From positions 3,150-67,149 of the forward strand of contig VGFN01000001.1 of the NCBI GenBank assembly GCA_016868875.1: a DNA stretch of 64,000 bases, in the 5' to 3' direction. Both the position numbers and the translations under genes were made by a program. This stretch comes from Bacteroidota bacterium. Lineage in GTDB: Bacteria > Bacteroidota > Bacteroidia > UBA7662. Each line of letters opens with the position of its first letter. Within the stretch, counting starts at the first letter, position 1. The notes beneath the pieces were generated by a model that worked only from the letters and a program-made list of their open reading frames with translations, had not been told where the DNA came from and searched no databases. Shown here piece after piece: positions 28,656 to 39,591 of this stretch.

Positions 28656-29649
28656 GAAACCATTCCACCTTTTCGACCATTTTTTTAGATCCCAGCACAA
28701 CAGGAGTCCGTTGGTGCAAACCCCATGGTTCAATTTCCAAAATGCGATTTTTACCATCACTCGCTTTCCCGCCGGCCTGTTCGACCACGAAGGCCATAGG
28801 ATTGCATTCATAGCCTAAACGTAACTTGCCTTTGGGCGCTTTGCCCGTGGCGGGGTATATAAAAACCCCTCCTTTGAGAAGATTTCGGTGAAAATCAGCC
28901 ACCATGGACCCAATATACCTGGAATTGTAAGGCCGAGAACTGGGCTCATCGTAAGCCTGGCAATATTTGATGTATTGTTTAATTCCCTGAGGGAAATGAA
29001 TGTAATTTCCCTCATTCACCGAATAAATTTTGCCGTCATCCGGAATCCGCATTTTGGGATGCGATAAGCAGAATTCCCCTATAGACGGGTCCAGGGTGAA
29101 ACCGTTCACCCCATGGCCCGTAGTGTAAACCATCATGGTGGATGACCCGTAAACGACGTAGCCGGCAGCAACCTGGTGCATACCCTTCTGAAGACAATCC
29201 ATCAATAAGCCTGGACCACTTTCAGAAACCCGGCGGTAAATCGAAAAAATAGTCCCCACCGATACGTTGACATCAATATTGGAGGAACCATCCAGGGGAT
29301 CGATCATTACGACGTATTTGGCATCTGCCGAAACCTGCCCATCAATGGGCAAAATATCGTCATCCTCTTCGGATGCGAATACACAACATTCCCCACCTGC
29401 GGTCAAGGCCGCTTTGAACTGCTCGTTGGCGAAGATGTCCAGTTTCTTGACCTTCTCACCTTGAACATTGGTTTCCCCTGTATCTCCGAGAATATTCACC
29501 AAACCAGCCTTGTTGACCTCCCTGTTGACGACTTTGGAGGCGATTCCGATATCGCGTAGCAAGCGGGATAATTGCCCTTTGGAGTAAGGAAACTCCGATT
29601 GACGCTCAATGATGAACTGGCCCAAGGTAGTTATGCGCTGGTTATTCAT
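28624..29649 (-). CDS. fbp: fructose-1,6-bisphosphatase class I
   Basis: 341 aa. N-terminus [10 protein letters not shown], motifs [31 protein letters not shown] and FIYP..G..KLRL.YE. Confidence 0.95.
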   Translation of the reverse strand: MNNQRITTLGQFIIERQSEFPYSKGQLSRLLRDIGIASKVVNREVNKAGLVNILGDTGETNVQGEKVKKLDIFANEQFKAALTAGGECCVFASEEDDDILPIDGQVSADAKYVVMIDPLDGSSNIDVNVSVGTIFSIYRRVSESGPGLLMDCLQKGMHQVAAGYVVYGSSTMMVYTTGHGVNGFTLDPSIGEFCLSHPKMRIPDDGKIYSVNEGNYIHFPQGIKQYIKYCQAYDEPSSRPYNSRYIGSMVADFHRNLLKGGVFIYPATGKAPKGKLRLGYECNPMAFVVEQAGGKASDGKNRILEIEPWGLHQRTPVVLGSKKMVEKVEWFLKAFPDPGSF

Positions 29650-29697
29650 AGGCTTATTTAATGTTAATTGTGAAAGCCAAGATAATACCTTTATGCG

Positions 29698-30516
29698 GTG
29701 AACATGCTTGACCGAGGACAGCGCTATGGAGATGGTTTCTTCGATACTATGTTGTTGAAGGAAGGAAAACCAGTTTGGGCTCTAGCCCATTGGGACCGTA
29801 TGGTATCGGCGGCAAAAACTTTGGATCTAGCCTGGCCATTCCATGGCAAATCACCGGAATTAACCTTAACGGATTTATACAGCGAATGGCTTCAAGAGTT
29901 ACAAAACAATTGGATCAAGGCAGATCGACCATCCATTGCCAAAGTTAGAACCGTTGTTTGGCGGGCCGGAGATGGGGATTTTACACCTCCTACCGAGCGA
30001 TTCGAATGCCGCATCTCAGTTCATCCCGTGGAGTTAAAAATTGAAAAATCCTTTCGGTTAGGACCTTCAACGGTAGTCCAATGCCCTCCCCTAATTCCTT
30101 GGATCAAAAGTCTCTCCGCGATGCCATACGTTTTGGCTGCAAATTTTGCAAAAAAACAAGGATGGGATGATGCCTTGCTTGTTAATTCGCGGGGAAACTT
30201 TATCGAAAGTAGCCGGTCCAATCTGTTTTATTGGGTGGATGGAATTTGTTATACCCCTTCGTTCATGGAAGGTTGTTTGCCTGGAATCGCTGCCCAATAT
30301 TTGACAAAATTCCTTTCAAAAAATGGGAATACGGTTCAATATGCTGCCGCAACTTACCAGACTCTCCGCGAAGCCTCTGCTATTTGGTTAACCAATTCGA
30401 TTCGAGGCATCACCCAGGTCCGCTATTGGGATGATTATGCTCTTGGTCAGGATCCAAATTTAGACCTGGCCGCTGCTGCAAACGAAGGAATACAAGGTGG
30501 ATCAGAGCTCCCTTGA
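29698..30516 (+). CDS. class IV aminotransferase-fold protein (aminodeoxychorismate lyase-like)
   Basis: N-terminal [14 protein letters not shown] matches the conserved DRG..YGDG.FET segment of class-IV PLP enzymes; 272 aa. Confidence 0.65.
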   Translation: MNMLDRGQRYGDGFFDTMLLKEGKPVWALAHWDRMVSAAKTLDLAWPFHGKSPELTLTDLYSEWLQELQNNWIKADRPSIAKVRTVVWRAGDGDFTPPTERFECRISVHPVELKIEKSFRLGPSTVVQCPPLIPWIKSLSAMPYVLAANFAKKQGWDDALLVNSRGNFIESSRSNLFYWVDGICYTPSFMEGCLPGIAAQYLTKFLSKNGNTVQYAAATYQTLREASAIWLTNSIRGITQVRYWDDYALGQDPNLDLAAAANEGIQGGSELP

Positions 30517-31557
30517 GCAAATCTGGCCCATGACATCACTATGGCCTCGTAAATATGCATCGACGGGCATTGACCTCGAATTTTCAGGCTTGATTTGTTT
30601 GATTCTCAGCCATGAACTTTGGGTTTTTATCCACCACTTGTTACCAAGGGTTAGGCAGTAACCCGGCACAACAGTTTGAGCAAGAAACTTATCAGGACTA
30701 ATCCCGTTTACATTCTCCTTTGGTAAAGTAGATTCCCATAAAGGTTCCTCCTCTGTGGCGTCAATAAGTACAATTCGCGTTCCATTCAAAAACGTATAGG
30801 CCCCAGGATATGGAGCAAAAGCCCTAAGGAAATTCACCAAACTCTGGGAATCCTTGCTCCAATCAATTAAGGCATCATCACGTTGAATTTTTGGGGCCTT
30901 ATTTAAAGTGTTTTGATCTAGATTAAACTGATCCTGTGGTCTCAATTGATAATTGCAATCAAAAATTTTAGGAACAGCCTTCACCAATAATTTACCACCT
31001 TCAACGGCCATCCTATCGTGGAGGTTTCCGGCATTCCAATCCTTGGGAATATCTAATTTTACTGAGTCCAAAACATCACCTGTATCAATTTCATATTGAA
31101 TTTTAAAAACAGTTAAACCTGTTTGCCTATAGCCCAAACGCAAAGCCCAATGAATTGGGGCAGCGCCCCTTAGATCTGGCAATATGGACGCATGCAAATT
31201 CCAAGTCCCGCCTGGGGGAACTTCAATGATCTCTTTGGGTAACATCCTAAAGGCAACCACCAACATAAAATCAGGATTAGACTCCTTTAATTCTTGTATA
31301 AATAAAGGATCTTTGAGCGAGACAGGTTGCCAAACAGGAATATTGTGCAACAGAGCCAGCTCTTTAACTGGTGAAGCCTTGAGTTTCATGCCCCTTCCAG
31401 AAACCTTGTCTGTGGAGGTAACCACCGCATACGGTTCAAAACCAGCGTCCAACAAGGCCAACAAAGAAGCCGCAGCAAATTCAGGGGTACCCCAAAAAAT
31501 AAATCGTAAATTTGTCCTACTATTGGTCATAGGCCTCCTCATCATTAAGTCTATCAA
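30502..31557 (-). CDS. fmt: methionyl-tRNA formyltransferase
   Basis: Motif RFIFWGTPEFAAASLLALL...HASILPDLRGAAPIHWAL (formyltransferase SLLP/HxSLLP-like). The likely true start is the Met of MTNSRTNLRF at 31530; there is a C-terminal extension relative to typical Fmt. Confidence 0.85.
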   Translation of the reverse strand: MIDLMMRRPMTNSRTNLRFIFWGTPEFAAASLLALLDAGFEPYAVVTSTDKVSGRGMKLKASPVKELALLHNIPVWQPVSLKDPLFIQELKESNPDFMLVVAFRMLPKEIIEVPPGGTWNLHASILPDLRGAAPIHWALRLGYRQTGLTVFKIQYEIDTGDVLDSVKLDIPKDWNAGNLHDRMAVEGGKLLVKAVPKIFDCNYQLRPQDQFNLDQNTLNKAPKIQRDDALIDWSKDSQSLVNFLRAFAPYPGAYTFLNGTRIVLIDATEEEPLWESTLPKENVNGISPDKFLAQTVVPGYCLTLGNKWWIKTQSSWLRIKQIKPENSRSMPVDAYLRGHSDVMGQICSREL

Positions 31558-31589
31558 ATTGTTAGGGAACCAACGTATCCCACTTGCGC

Positions 31590-32807
31590 TTACAAATCAT
31601 CATAGAGCAAATACTGTTTTCGCTTCCTCCTAAATTCATCCAAAGCGGGCTTAAACAATGAACGAATTTTATTGGCATCATGTTGCTTTGTTAAAGCGTT
31701 TCGAAGAGCTGACCCCCCTGATAATTGATCAAAAAATGAATTAAAAAAAACATCGTTCCGTACGGTTTTATTTTTCTCTTGCCCAATTGATTGATGTTGT
31801 TTTTGAAAATCTTTGTAAACCTTTAATAGGATCTCGTAACTAATTCCTTGATTCCTTGGTTTTTTGAATTTCTCAAGGGAAAACCCGCAGCAATTTTGGT
31901 TCATGAAAAGAGGGCTTTGTGCCCTACCTGGAATTGACTTTGGAATAAAACACGTGTCTTTAATACCCATCCAAGGGCTACCAATCAGGGTAAATGGACT
32001 GCTTGTACCTCGGCCCACCGAAACTGGACAACCCTCAAAAAAACACAAGGTTGGATACCATTCCAAGGCGATTGAATCCCTCAAATTGGGTGAGGGGGGA
32101 ACAGGAGGTTGAAGCCGCAAGCCACGTTGATAATTCACCATTTTCCAAACTTGCAAGTTCAAATTATTGGAACCCTTTGCCCAACCCTCTCCCTTGATCA
32201 TCTTGGCTAATTCACCCATGGTCATACCATGCATCACCGGTATGGGATGCATTCCCACAAAAGACTTGTACGCAGTATCCATAACGGGGCCATCCACGGT
32301 ATAATCATTGACATTGGGTCTATCCAGGACCAGCAACGTAATGGAGGCGCGAGAGCAGGCCTCCATAACATAATGCAAGGTTGAAAGGTAAGTATAAAAG
32401 CGAACACCAACATCTTGCAGATCAAAAACGATGATATCCAAACTGTCAGTATGAGCCGTTTCAGGGCCTTTGCGTTTCCCGTACAAGGAAACCACCGGCA
32501 AACCCGTGACGGCATCCACATGATCCCCTACCGTTGCACCGGCCTCGAAATCCACCCTTAATCCATGTTCCGGCACAAAAATCATCCGTACATCAACCCC
32601 GTTTTCAAGCAGAACTTCGGGCATAAGACGACTACCAATCATAGAACTTTTATGGATAACCAAGCCGACACGCTTTCCTTCCAAGACCCTTTTCCATGAG
32701 GGCCAAGTATTCGCGGCAGACGGATACACTTTTGCGTTCGACTCAAGAACCAAAAACAGAAAGCATAGGCAAGCCAATCGTATCCTTAAATTGCAATCCC
32801 ATCTCAT
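31590..32807 (-). CDS. namZ: DUF1343 family protein (exo-beta-N-acetylmuramidase NamZ-like)
   Basis: 405 aa with a signal peptide. LKGKRVGLVIH...FVPEHG and ...DVGVRFYTY... match the DUF1343/YbbC pattern. Confidence 0.7.
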   Translation of the reverse strand: MRWDCNLRIRLACLCFLFLVLESNAKVYPSAANTWPSWKRVLEGKRVGLVIHKSSMIGSRLMPEVLLENGVDVRMIFVPEHGLRVDFEAGATVGDHVDAVTGLPVVSLYGKRKGPETAHTDSLDIIVFDLQDVGVRFYTYLSTLHYVMEACSRASITLLVLDRPNVNDYTVDGPVMDTAYKSFVGMHPIPVMHGMTMGELAKMIKGEGWAKGSNNLNLQVWKMVNYQRGLRLQPPVPPSPNLRDSIALEWYPTLCFFEGCPVSVGRGTSSPFTLIGSPWMGIKDTCFIPKSIPGRAQSPLFMNQNCCGFSLEKFKKPRNQGISYEILLKVYKDFQKQHQSIGQEKNKTVRNDVFFNSFFDQLSGGSALRNALTKQHDANKIRSLFKPALDEFRRKRKQYLLYDDL

Positions 32808-32821
32808 GATGAAACAAATCT

Positions 32822-34054
32822 ATGTCTCAAAACGCTGAATTAAAAAAGCTTCTCTACCGAGCTTTCAAGGCGTCTTCCGCCACCAGGCTGACTCGCACGG
32901 TCCAAGGCCTTGCGATCATGGGAACCGCCGCTGGATTGGCCTTAATCTTGTTGGGATCATCGATTGTGGATGGTTTCCAATGGGAAATTCCCCAGAGAAT
33001 GGGGCAGTTTTGGGGGCATTTGCAGGTACGCAGCCTACGATCGGAAGAGGACGCCCTTAGACCACACCTCTCCTTCGGTCAGCAACGCCTTCATACCCTT
33101 CAGCAAATCCCGGGGGTTCGCAGAGTGAGTACCGTGATCCTGTTGCCAGGATTAGGCCGGTCTTCCGAAGGCATGGAAGGGGTTCTGCTTAAAGGTGTTC
33201 AAAACGATTCCGCATTGGATTTTTTTCGCTCCCATTTGGTCGAAGGCCAAATCCCCTCTTGGAGCGAAAATTACAGCACGCAGGAAATCTTAATTCCCAA
33301 ATCTCTGGCTACCGCCTTGCGGGTCCAATGCGGCGATGACCTGTCCTTCTATTTCATGCAGCAACCCGTCAGGATGCGCAAATTCAAAGTTTCTGGCATT
33401 TTTCAAATGCCTATGCAAAATGAATTGGGGCGACCGGTTGCCGTTGTCCATCAATCCATTTTGCGAAAATTGTTGGGATGGTCTGAAAACGCAGGAGGAC
33501 ACTTGGAAATGGAATTGATGGATCACCGTCAAATGACCGAAACTCGACATCAAATCGATCGAGTATTGACCCTGCAGGAGGAATGCATTACTTTGGAAGA
33601 ACAAATGCCCGCCTTGTTCGAATGGTTGCGCTTTTTTGATACCAACCGGGTGGTCCTCATGATCTTGCTTGTCATCGTTGGCGCAGTGAATCTAATTTCT
33701 GCCCTTCTGATCATAATCCTCGAAAGGCAACGGAGTTTGGGTATTTTACAAATTATGGGGTTGCGTCCCATGCACTTGGCCCAAACCACCGTATGGATAG
33801 GGTTGCGGCTGGTCTTCAGAGGCCTCACTATAGGTAATCTCATCACGGCCGTGGTATATTTTGTGCAAAACCAATGGAAATTAATACGACTGGATCCCGA
33901 ATCCTATTATCTGGATTATGTTCCTCTGAAGTTGGATTGGCAGACCTATCTGATCACCAACCTTGGGGCCATTCTAATTGCTTTGATCATCTTGTGCCTG
34001 TCCGCGGTTCTGCTCCTGCGCAGGTACGCCGATCAAAACCTAAAGTTCTCCTGA
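32822..34054 (+). CDS. ABC transporter permease, FtsX/LolC/LolE-like
   Basis: 410 aa. N-terminal TM helix, large periplasmic loop and a C-terminal FtsX 3-4-TM bundle (MacB/LolE architecture). Confidence 0.8.
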   Translation: MSQNAELKKLLYRAFKASSATRLTRTVQGLAIMGTAAGLALILLGSSIVDGFQWEIPQRMGQFWGHLQVRSLRSEEDALRPHLSFGQQRLHTLQQIPGVRRVSTVILLPGLGRSSEGMEGVLLKGVQNDSALDFFRSHLVEGQIPSWSENYSTQEILIPKSLATALRVQCGDDLSFYFMQQPVRMRKFKVSGIFQMPMQNELGRPVAVVHQSILRKLLGWSENAGGHLEMELMDHRQMTETRHQIDRVLTLQEECITLEEQMPALFEWLRFFDTNRVVLMILLVIVGAVNLISALLIIILERQRSLGILQIMGLRPMHLAQTTVWIGLRLVFRGLTIGNLITAVVYFVQNQWKLIRLDPESYYLDYVPLKLDWQTYLITNLGAILIALIILCLSAVLLLRRYADQNLKFS

Positions 34055-34073
34055 GATTTATAACCTCAAGAAC

Positions 34074-37000
34074 TTACTCGTTCAAGGCGGGTACCTGCTC
34101 CTCCTGGTTGGGAATGTACTCGTTCAAGTTCGAAAAGTCAACCGGGACCACGCGACTTACCCCTTGCTCCACCATGGTCACCCCGTACATGATATCGGTG
34201 GTCTCCATGGTTCTTTTGTTGTGGGTCACAATGATGAACTGAGATTTCTTAGAGAATCTGCGAATCATCTTGTTGAACTTATCAATGTTGGCGTCATCAA
34301 GAGGGGCATCCACCTCATCAAAAATACAGAATGGAGCCGGCTTGTACAGGTAAATGGCAAAGAGCAATGCCGTTACCGTCAAGGCTTTCTCTCCCCCGGA
34401 TAACTGATTAACGGACTGGGGTTTCTTGCCCTTGGGTTTAGCTAAAATTTGGATGGGTGAGTCCAAAGGCATTTCGGGATGACTCAAAAGGAGATCACAG
34501 TCATCCTCTGCAGTAAACAAAGAGCGGAAAACCTCCACAAAATGTTCTCGTATGGCGGCAAAGCCTTCCATAAAGCGCTCGGTAGCTTTCAGGTCAATTT
34601 CTTCAATGGTCCTCAACAAATCTTCTCTGGCCTGCGCTAAATCTGCTTTTTGGCCGGAGATGAAAACATGCCTTTGCTCAACTTCCGCATAGGCTTCCAA
34701 AGCCATAGGATTGACCGGCCCAAAATTTTCGATTTTCTTCTTCATGGCTTGAACCAAGCCGGCCAGTTCTTGCTCGCCGCGTTGCGGAGGTTCTGCCTTA
34801 TCCAACAAGTCCGGATCACTATCAAATTCCATGGCCCAGCGTTCCCTCAAGGCCTTGATTTCCATTTGAAGCATAAGGACATTTTGCTGCCTTTGGTTGA
34901 GCAAATGGTCATTGATCTCCCGTTGGCGGTGGAGCTGGCGAATTTGTTCATCCAAGGCATCTTGATCCCCACGAACCGCGTAATACGCTTCTTCAAATTG
35001 GGCCATTTCAGACTTTGCCCTTCCTTCCTCCTCCATGAGTGCTGGCCTGTTCTGCCCGGTTTCACCCAGGATATTTTGCAATTGAGTTAACTCCCCTTGC
35101 AAATCCACGATGGACTTGTCTGCTTGGGTCAAACGATGTTGCAATAAATCAACTTGATTTCTTCGAAACTCAATTTGACTTAACGCGCCTGATTTTAAAT
35201 TAGCCCAATGAAGCTCCTGTCGTGTAGATTCGTTGTGCTCTTCCCTGGTCTTGTGGTACTTGGCCTTACGCGCAGCAAGTTCCTCTTGCATGCCCACTAA
35301 CGTTGCATTTCCTAGTTCAATTTCGGTAACAGCGCCATCCAGCCTAGGCTTTAGTTCCAACAATTCATTTTGAATTCCCGTTTTCTGCGAGGCGATGACC
35401 TCGTTGCGATTTCCAGATCTTGTCGTGGCCTCCATCAATTGTTCATGACGAGCATTCACTTGGGCCCATTCAGACGATTTGTTTAGCAGTAGATTTCGTG
35501 CAGCAGACAATTCACTTTCCCGGTTTTGGCCTTGAAGTTCTGCCTCTTGGGATTCAAGTTCTTTTAAGCGATGCTGCAATTGACCAAAATGAGCCTGTTC
35601 TTCTTCAATCTGAGCCAGCAGAGACTCCAAATTCCGTTGACGACCTAATTTCTTACCTTCGAACAAGCCGATAGAACCGCCGCTCAACCAACGACCATTT
35701 CCATAACAATGCCCCCCTAACGTCACGAACAAGGCTTCCGGATATTTCGATTGCCAAGTGGAAATTTCCTCTTCCTTTTCGGGATTAAGGAACAAAAATA
35801 CATTCCCTAGTAAGGCATGTTTGAGTGCCTCGTACTCCAGAGCACAATCCACCAAATCAACCGCGGCCACCGTTCCTTCTGGAGTACGGATCTTGGTCAT
35901 GCCGGATGCATCTGCTTCTTGGTAGGCTTCCAACACAAAGAAAGAAGCCTTGCCTTTGCCGGCATCGGCCAAAAGCTGAATACCTGAACGGGCTTGTTGG
36001 TAAGTATTAACAACGTAGTAACTTAAATAGGATTCCAGAACCCTTTCAATCAATGGCTTGTATTCCACTGCGCCGTTGAAAATATCCCCCAACAAAGGAG
36101 CCGTCCGGGCCCAGTCCTGATGATCCTTTAGGTACCTGAGGGAATCGGGATAACCCTCCATGTTTTGGATAAGGTCCCCCAGCAGCTGGGCTTCGTTGGT
36201 TTTGCGATCCAGCTTACGAGAAATTTCAGCGACTTGAGGCCTTAGAGCCTGAAGATCTTGACGGCATTGGCTCAGTTTTGCATGATAATCCTGTTGGTAA
36301 GCCTCCAACTCCTGAACCCGTTTTTGGAGGTTCTCTTTCTCTTGCGAAAGTTGTTGCAAAAGGCCGCTTAGTTGAGAAGACTCTTGGAGGCGGCTTTCCT
36401 TCTCGTCCTCCAATCGGGTACGTTCGGCTTCCAGCGCATGAATTTGAGCCTCCAAGACGTTCACATTGCTTTCCAATGCATATCGAGCGGCTTGATGTTG
36501 ATCCAACGTCAATCGTTGTTCTGCGAAGGTTTGCTCTTGCTCCTGCATGGCGCGATCATCTTCAGTCAGTCGATGGGAAACCTCAGCAACCAACGCCGAG
36601 GCCTCATCCAAATGCTGGCTCATCATGGCCAATTCATTGGATATCGCTTCAATTCTCTCCTCTTGTTCCGAGATTTGATTCAGGTCGGCCAATTTCTGAT
36701 CCTCAAGACCTTGAATACGGCTGTTCAAATTCCTTATCCGTTCTTCTTGCAATTGTTGATTGGCCTCCAATTCCCTAAGGCGGTTGGATAAATCCTGTAC
36801 CTTGGATCGGGATTGAATCAAGGCCTGTTCAGCCTCAAGGACTTTGATTTTGCCGCTATGCAAGGTTGCCTCTGCATCTTGCAAGGCCTGATCCAACCTG
36901 GACTTTTCGGCGCTGAGGTCACCCTCCTGAACATTGCCTTCGGAGAGCTGATTCGTCCAACTCCGCAATTGATGCCAGGCCAATTCTTGGGACGCTACGC

Positions 37001-37667
37001 GATAATCTTCTTTGAGTTGCTGAACCTGCTCGGCCTTGCGGGCTTGGTTCTGCAATTGCTTCATGGACCGATCGATTTCGTAAAGGATATCTTCTACCCT
37101 GGCCAAATCCGCTTCCGCACTTTCTAGCCTGGACATGGTCTCCTTTTTGCGGATTTTGTATTTCGAAACGCCTGTGGCTTCTTCGAACAGATCTCGACGC
37201 GAATGATCCTTATCGTTCAGGATTTCGTCGATCATTTTGAGCTCGATGATGGCGTATGAATCGGATCCAATCCCCGTATCCAGGAACAAATTGGTGATGT
37301 CTTTGAGTCGGCATGTCACGCCATTGAGCAAATACTCGCTTTCTCCGGAGCGGTAAAGCCTTCGACCTATGGTGACCTCGCTGTACTCCGAGGGTAGTAT
37401 GCCCTTGTGATTTTCGAAAGTCAAGCGAACCTCGGCCAAAGCGGCTTGTTTACGCTGCTTGGTACCGTTGAAAATCACCCCGTCCATTTTGTCGGATCGA
37501 AGCATTCTGGACTTCTGCTCCCCCAAAACCCAGCGCATAGCATCCACCACATTGGATTTTCCACTGCCATTGGGTCCAACAATCCCGGTGACTCCCTCCT
37601 TGAACCGTATCAAAACTCGGTCCCCAAAGCTTTTAAACCCCTTAACCTCAATTTCCGTAAGTCGCAT
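34074..37667 (-). CDS. smc: chromosome segregation protein SMC
   Basis: 1197 aa. N-terminal Walker A GPNGSGKSN, long coiled coils, a hinge, and C-terminal LSGGEK signature with Walker B. Confidence 0.95.
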   Translation of the reverse strand: MRLTEIEVKGFKSFGDRVLIRFKEGVTGIVGPNGSGKSNVVDAMRWVLGEQKSRMLRSDKMDGVIFNGTKQRKQAALAEVRLTFENHKGILPSEYSEVTIGRRLYRSGESEYLLNGVTCRLKDITNLFLDTGIGSDSYAIIELKMIDEILNDKDHSRRDLFEEATGVSKYKIRKKETMSRLESAEADLARVEDILYEIDRSMKQLQNQARKAEQVQQLKEDYRVASQELAWHQLRSWTNQLSEGNVQEGDLSAEKSRLDQALQDAEATLHSGKIKVLEAEQALIQSRSKVQDLSNRLRELEANQQLQEERIRNLNSRIQGLEDQKLADLNQISEQEERIEAISNELAMMSQHLDEASALVAEVSHRLTEDDRAMQEQEQTFAEQRLTLDQHQAARYALESNVNVLEAQIHALEAERTRLEDEKESRLQESSQLSGLLQQLSQEKENLQKRVQELEAYQQDYHAKLSQCRQDLQALRPQVAEISRKLDRKTNEAQLLGDLIQNMEGYPDSLRYLKDHQDWARTAPLLGDIFNGAVEYKPLIERVLESYLSYYVVNTYQQARSGIQLLADAGKGKASFFVLEAYQEADASGMTKIRTPEGTVAAVDLVDCALEYEALKHALLGNVFLFLNPEKEEEISTWQSKYPEALFVTLGGHCYGNGRWLSGGSIGLFEGKKLGRQRNLESLLAQIEEEQAHFGQLQHRLKELESQEAELQGQNRESELSAARNLLLNKSSEWAQVNARHEQLMEATTRSGNRNEVIASQKTGIQNELLELKPRLDGAVTEIELGNATLVGMQEELAARKAKYHKTREEHNESTRQELHWANLKSGALSQIEFRRNQVDLLQHRLTQADKSIVDLQGELTQLQNILGETGQNRPALMEEEGRAKSEMAQFEEAYYAVRGDQDALDEQIRQLHRQREINDHLLNQRQQNVLMLQMEIKALRERWAMEFDSDPDLLDKAEPPQRGEQELAGLVQAMKKKIENFGPVNPMALEAYAEVEQRHVFISGQKADLAQAREDLLRTIEEIDLKATERFMEGFAAIREHFVEVFRSLFTAEDDCDLLLSHPEMPLDSPIQILAKPKGKKPQSVNQLSGGEKALTVTALLFAIYLYKPAPFCIFDEVDAPLDDANIDKFNKMIRRFSKKSQFIIVTHNKRTMETTDIMYGVTMVEQGVSRVVPVDFSNLNEYIPNQEEQVPALNE

Positions 37668-37700
37668 ATAATCAGTAAAATATATTAAATTGAAGGGCCC

Positions 37701-38129
37701 TTGGGCGCATTCACAAACTTAACCAGACCTTCCTTACATTTATACGAAATTCCTATGGACTTATCCACCATTGTGTATATCGTTGGAGCTTTGGCTTATG
37801 CATTGTTCAGACAGCTGGCCAAACCCAAACCAGTTCCAAGGCCAAGCCCCGGCCCTGTGGTTTTTCAGCCGTCCAAGGCTCCATTGCCCTCTGTACCCTT
37901 GCCTGCTCCACCGTTGGCCGGCCCAAAGCTTACTCCTCGTTCAAATACCGCCCCCATCAGCATGAGCCAGGCTCAACCTTCTATCCTAACGGAATCCGAG
38001 CTCAGTTCTGAACCCAATACCCAGCCTGAAACCAACACTTTTTCAAGGCCTGATCGCAACGAATGGAGGCGGGCCATCATTCTTTCGACCCTTCTGGAGC
38101 CTCGCTACGACCGAGGCCTACACCAATAG
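37701..38129 (+). CDS. small Pro-rich membrane protein (hypothetical); probable start at 37755
   Basis: One TM helix (LSTIVYIVGALAYALF) followed by a proline-rich, low-complexity tail. The annotated start leaves only 33 bp to divergent smc, so the internal Met (MDLSTIVY...) is more plausible. It overlaps the 3' end of convergent bshB1-like by 12 bp. Confidence 0.35.
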   Translation: MGAFTNLTRPSLHLYEIPMDLSTIVYIVGALAYALFRQLAKPKPVPRPSPGPVVFQPSKAPLPSVPLPAPPLAGPKLTPRSNTAPISMSQAQPSILTESELSSEPNTQPETNTFSRPDRNEWRRAIILSTLLEPRYDRGLHQ

Positions 38130-38867
38130 GCCCATATCTTTGATCGAAAGGGGTCGATCCAAAAGGAACCCTTCCCCAAATTCCACCCCAATCCAACGAC
38201 CCATTTCCCTGGACCTTGCCTCTACAAAAGGGAGAAAATCGGGTCTAGCAATGGGGGTCATCTCCTCCAAACTTCCTTCTTGGTGAAACTGTGAACCAAA
38301 ACATCGGAGAAGCTCTTCTTTGGCTTGGGCAAAGGGGGTAATATCCACCACGAAATCAGGTTTATGGTAATGATCTTGGATATAGAATCCCAAAAGGGGT
38401 GCCCTCCAAGCATCCTGACTCTTGCCCTTCCATTCGGTCTGAACCTTGGGCAGGGCGCTCATGAATACGGCTCTGCGTAGTATTTCTGAGGCGCGGCCAT
38501 GATCTGGATGCCGGTCCGAAACCGAATTCCCCCAAATCACCTTGGGTCGGTATCGTCGAATAACTTCAATCAATCGATGAAGCAGCTCCCGATTTTCTTC
38601 AAAATACCCGTCACCAAGGTCCAACTGATCCCTATCGAACAAGCCTATTTTCTTGGCAGCCATCGCTGCTTCCTGCATTCTCAGTTCCGCAGATCCACGG
38701 GTTCCCAATTCCCCTCGAGTCCAATCCACGACCACAACGCGCAACCCCTGGGCAGCTGCTTTGAGCATGGTACCTCCCATTCCCAGTTCTGCATCATCCG
38801 GATGGGCGGCCATGACCAACCAATCGCATGTTGCATCGTTTGCTGATGGTTCAAAGGAATCGTTCAT
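38118..38867 (-). CDS. bshB1: PIG-L/LmbE family deacetylase, BshB1-like (bacillithiol biosynthesis)
   Basis: Motifs AHPDDAELGMGGT and DRHPDHGRAS (zinc-binding PIG-L signature); 249 aa. Confidence 0.7.
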   Translation of the reverse strand: MNDSFEPSANDATCDWLVMAAHPDDAELGMGGTMLKAAAQGLRVVVVDWTRGELGTRGSAELRMQEAAMAAKKIGLFDRDQLDLGDGYFEENRELLHRLIEVIRRYRPKVIWGNSVSDRHPDHGRASEILRRAVFMSALPKVQTEWKGKSQDAWRAPLLGFYIQDHYHKPDFVVDITPFAQAKEELLRCFGSQFHQEGSLEEMTPIARPDFLPFVEARSREMGRWIGVEFGEGFLLDRPLSIKDMGLLV

Positions 38868-38871
38868 AACA

Positions 38872-39558
38872 CTAATTTCTGTACTTGAAGGGCGTCTTGT
38901 ACTGGTTCCCCTCCACCATCATCAAAATCAACTCAATATCCCTGTCCTCCTGCAATTCATAGGTGGATTTCAGGTTACTCCCGAACATTAGGGCCAAACC
39001 TTGCCACAAAAAGGCCTGGAAAGATCCGCGAAATTCCCGAACAATGGAATACGAGGTTCGAGCGGTTTCGCGATCCACCAGCTTAATCAAAATCCGCCCC
39101 TGGGTCACGGTGAGTTCCGTTAACTGCTTTTTGTATTGCTTTTTGAGGGAGGCTTCCAATTTGCGGCAATGGGCTCGGTGTTTGGATTCTGGCATGGTTT
39201 TGAGCTCTTCTTCCAACTCGTTCAATTGGCGACCTGCAGCCTTGGCTAGGGGATAGACCTTCACCACATTCCAATACAAGCGGTCAAATCGTTTGCGCTC
39301 GGCAGCGGAGCGGAAGATGCGCCTGTCCCTAACCTCCACATGCGGCAGAAAGGCAATCGGGATCGTATCCCCGTGCTCATCAATATAAGCAGGCAATTCC
39401 ATGGGAACGGGTGTTCCGGGACTTTGGGCTTGAGCCCTATCCGCCAATCCCATCCATAAAATTAGAAAAGCCCCAGCACAAATACCCCAAGACGAGGGCA
39501 ACCAAAAGGCATTGAGGCGGTGGTAGCGCCTGAACGTATCATTCAAATTCCCTGACAT
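38872..39558 (-). CDS. DUF4294 family protein (Bacteroidota-specific, secreted/periplasmic)
   Basis: 228 aa with an N-terminal hydrophobic segment. Composition and length fit DUF4294. The function is unknown. Confidence 0.5.
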   Translation of the reverse strand: MSGNLNDTFRRYHRLNAFWLPSSWGICAGAFLILWMGLADRAQAQSPGTPVPMELPAYIDEHGDTIPIAFLPHVEVRDRRIFRSAAERKRFDRLYWNVVKVYPLAKAAGRQLNELEEELKTMPESKHRAHCRKLEASLKKQYKKQLTELTVTQGRILIKLVDRETARTSYSIVREFRGSFQAFLWQGLALMFGSNLKSTYELQEDRDIELILMMVEGNQYKTPFKYRN

Positions 39559-39591
39559 TGCCCTCTGAACGCTATTTTTGCAAAGTTATTC

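Noticed and set aside
34650-37127. Multiple 100-170-aa ORFs antisense or off-frame within smc (e.g. 34650..35090, 36278..36778, 36372..36791, 36813..37127)
   Set aside because: They are embedded in a 1197-aa SMC gene with intact Walker, hinge and signature motifs; long coiled-coil genes generate many open off-frames.
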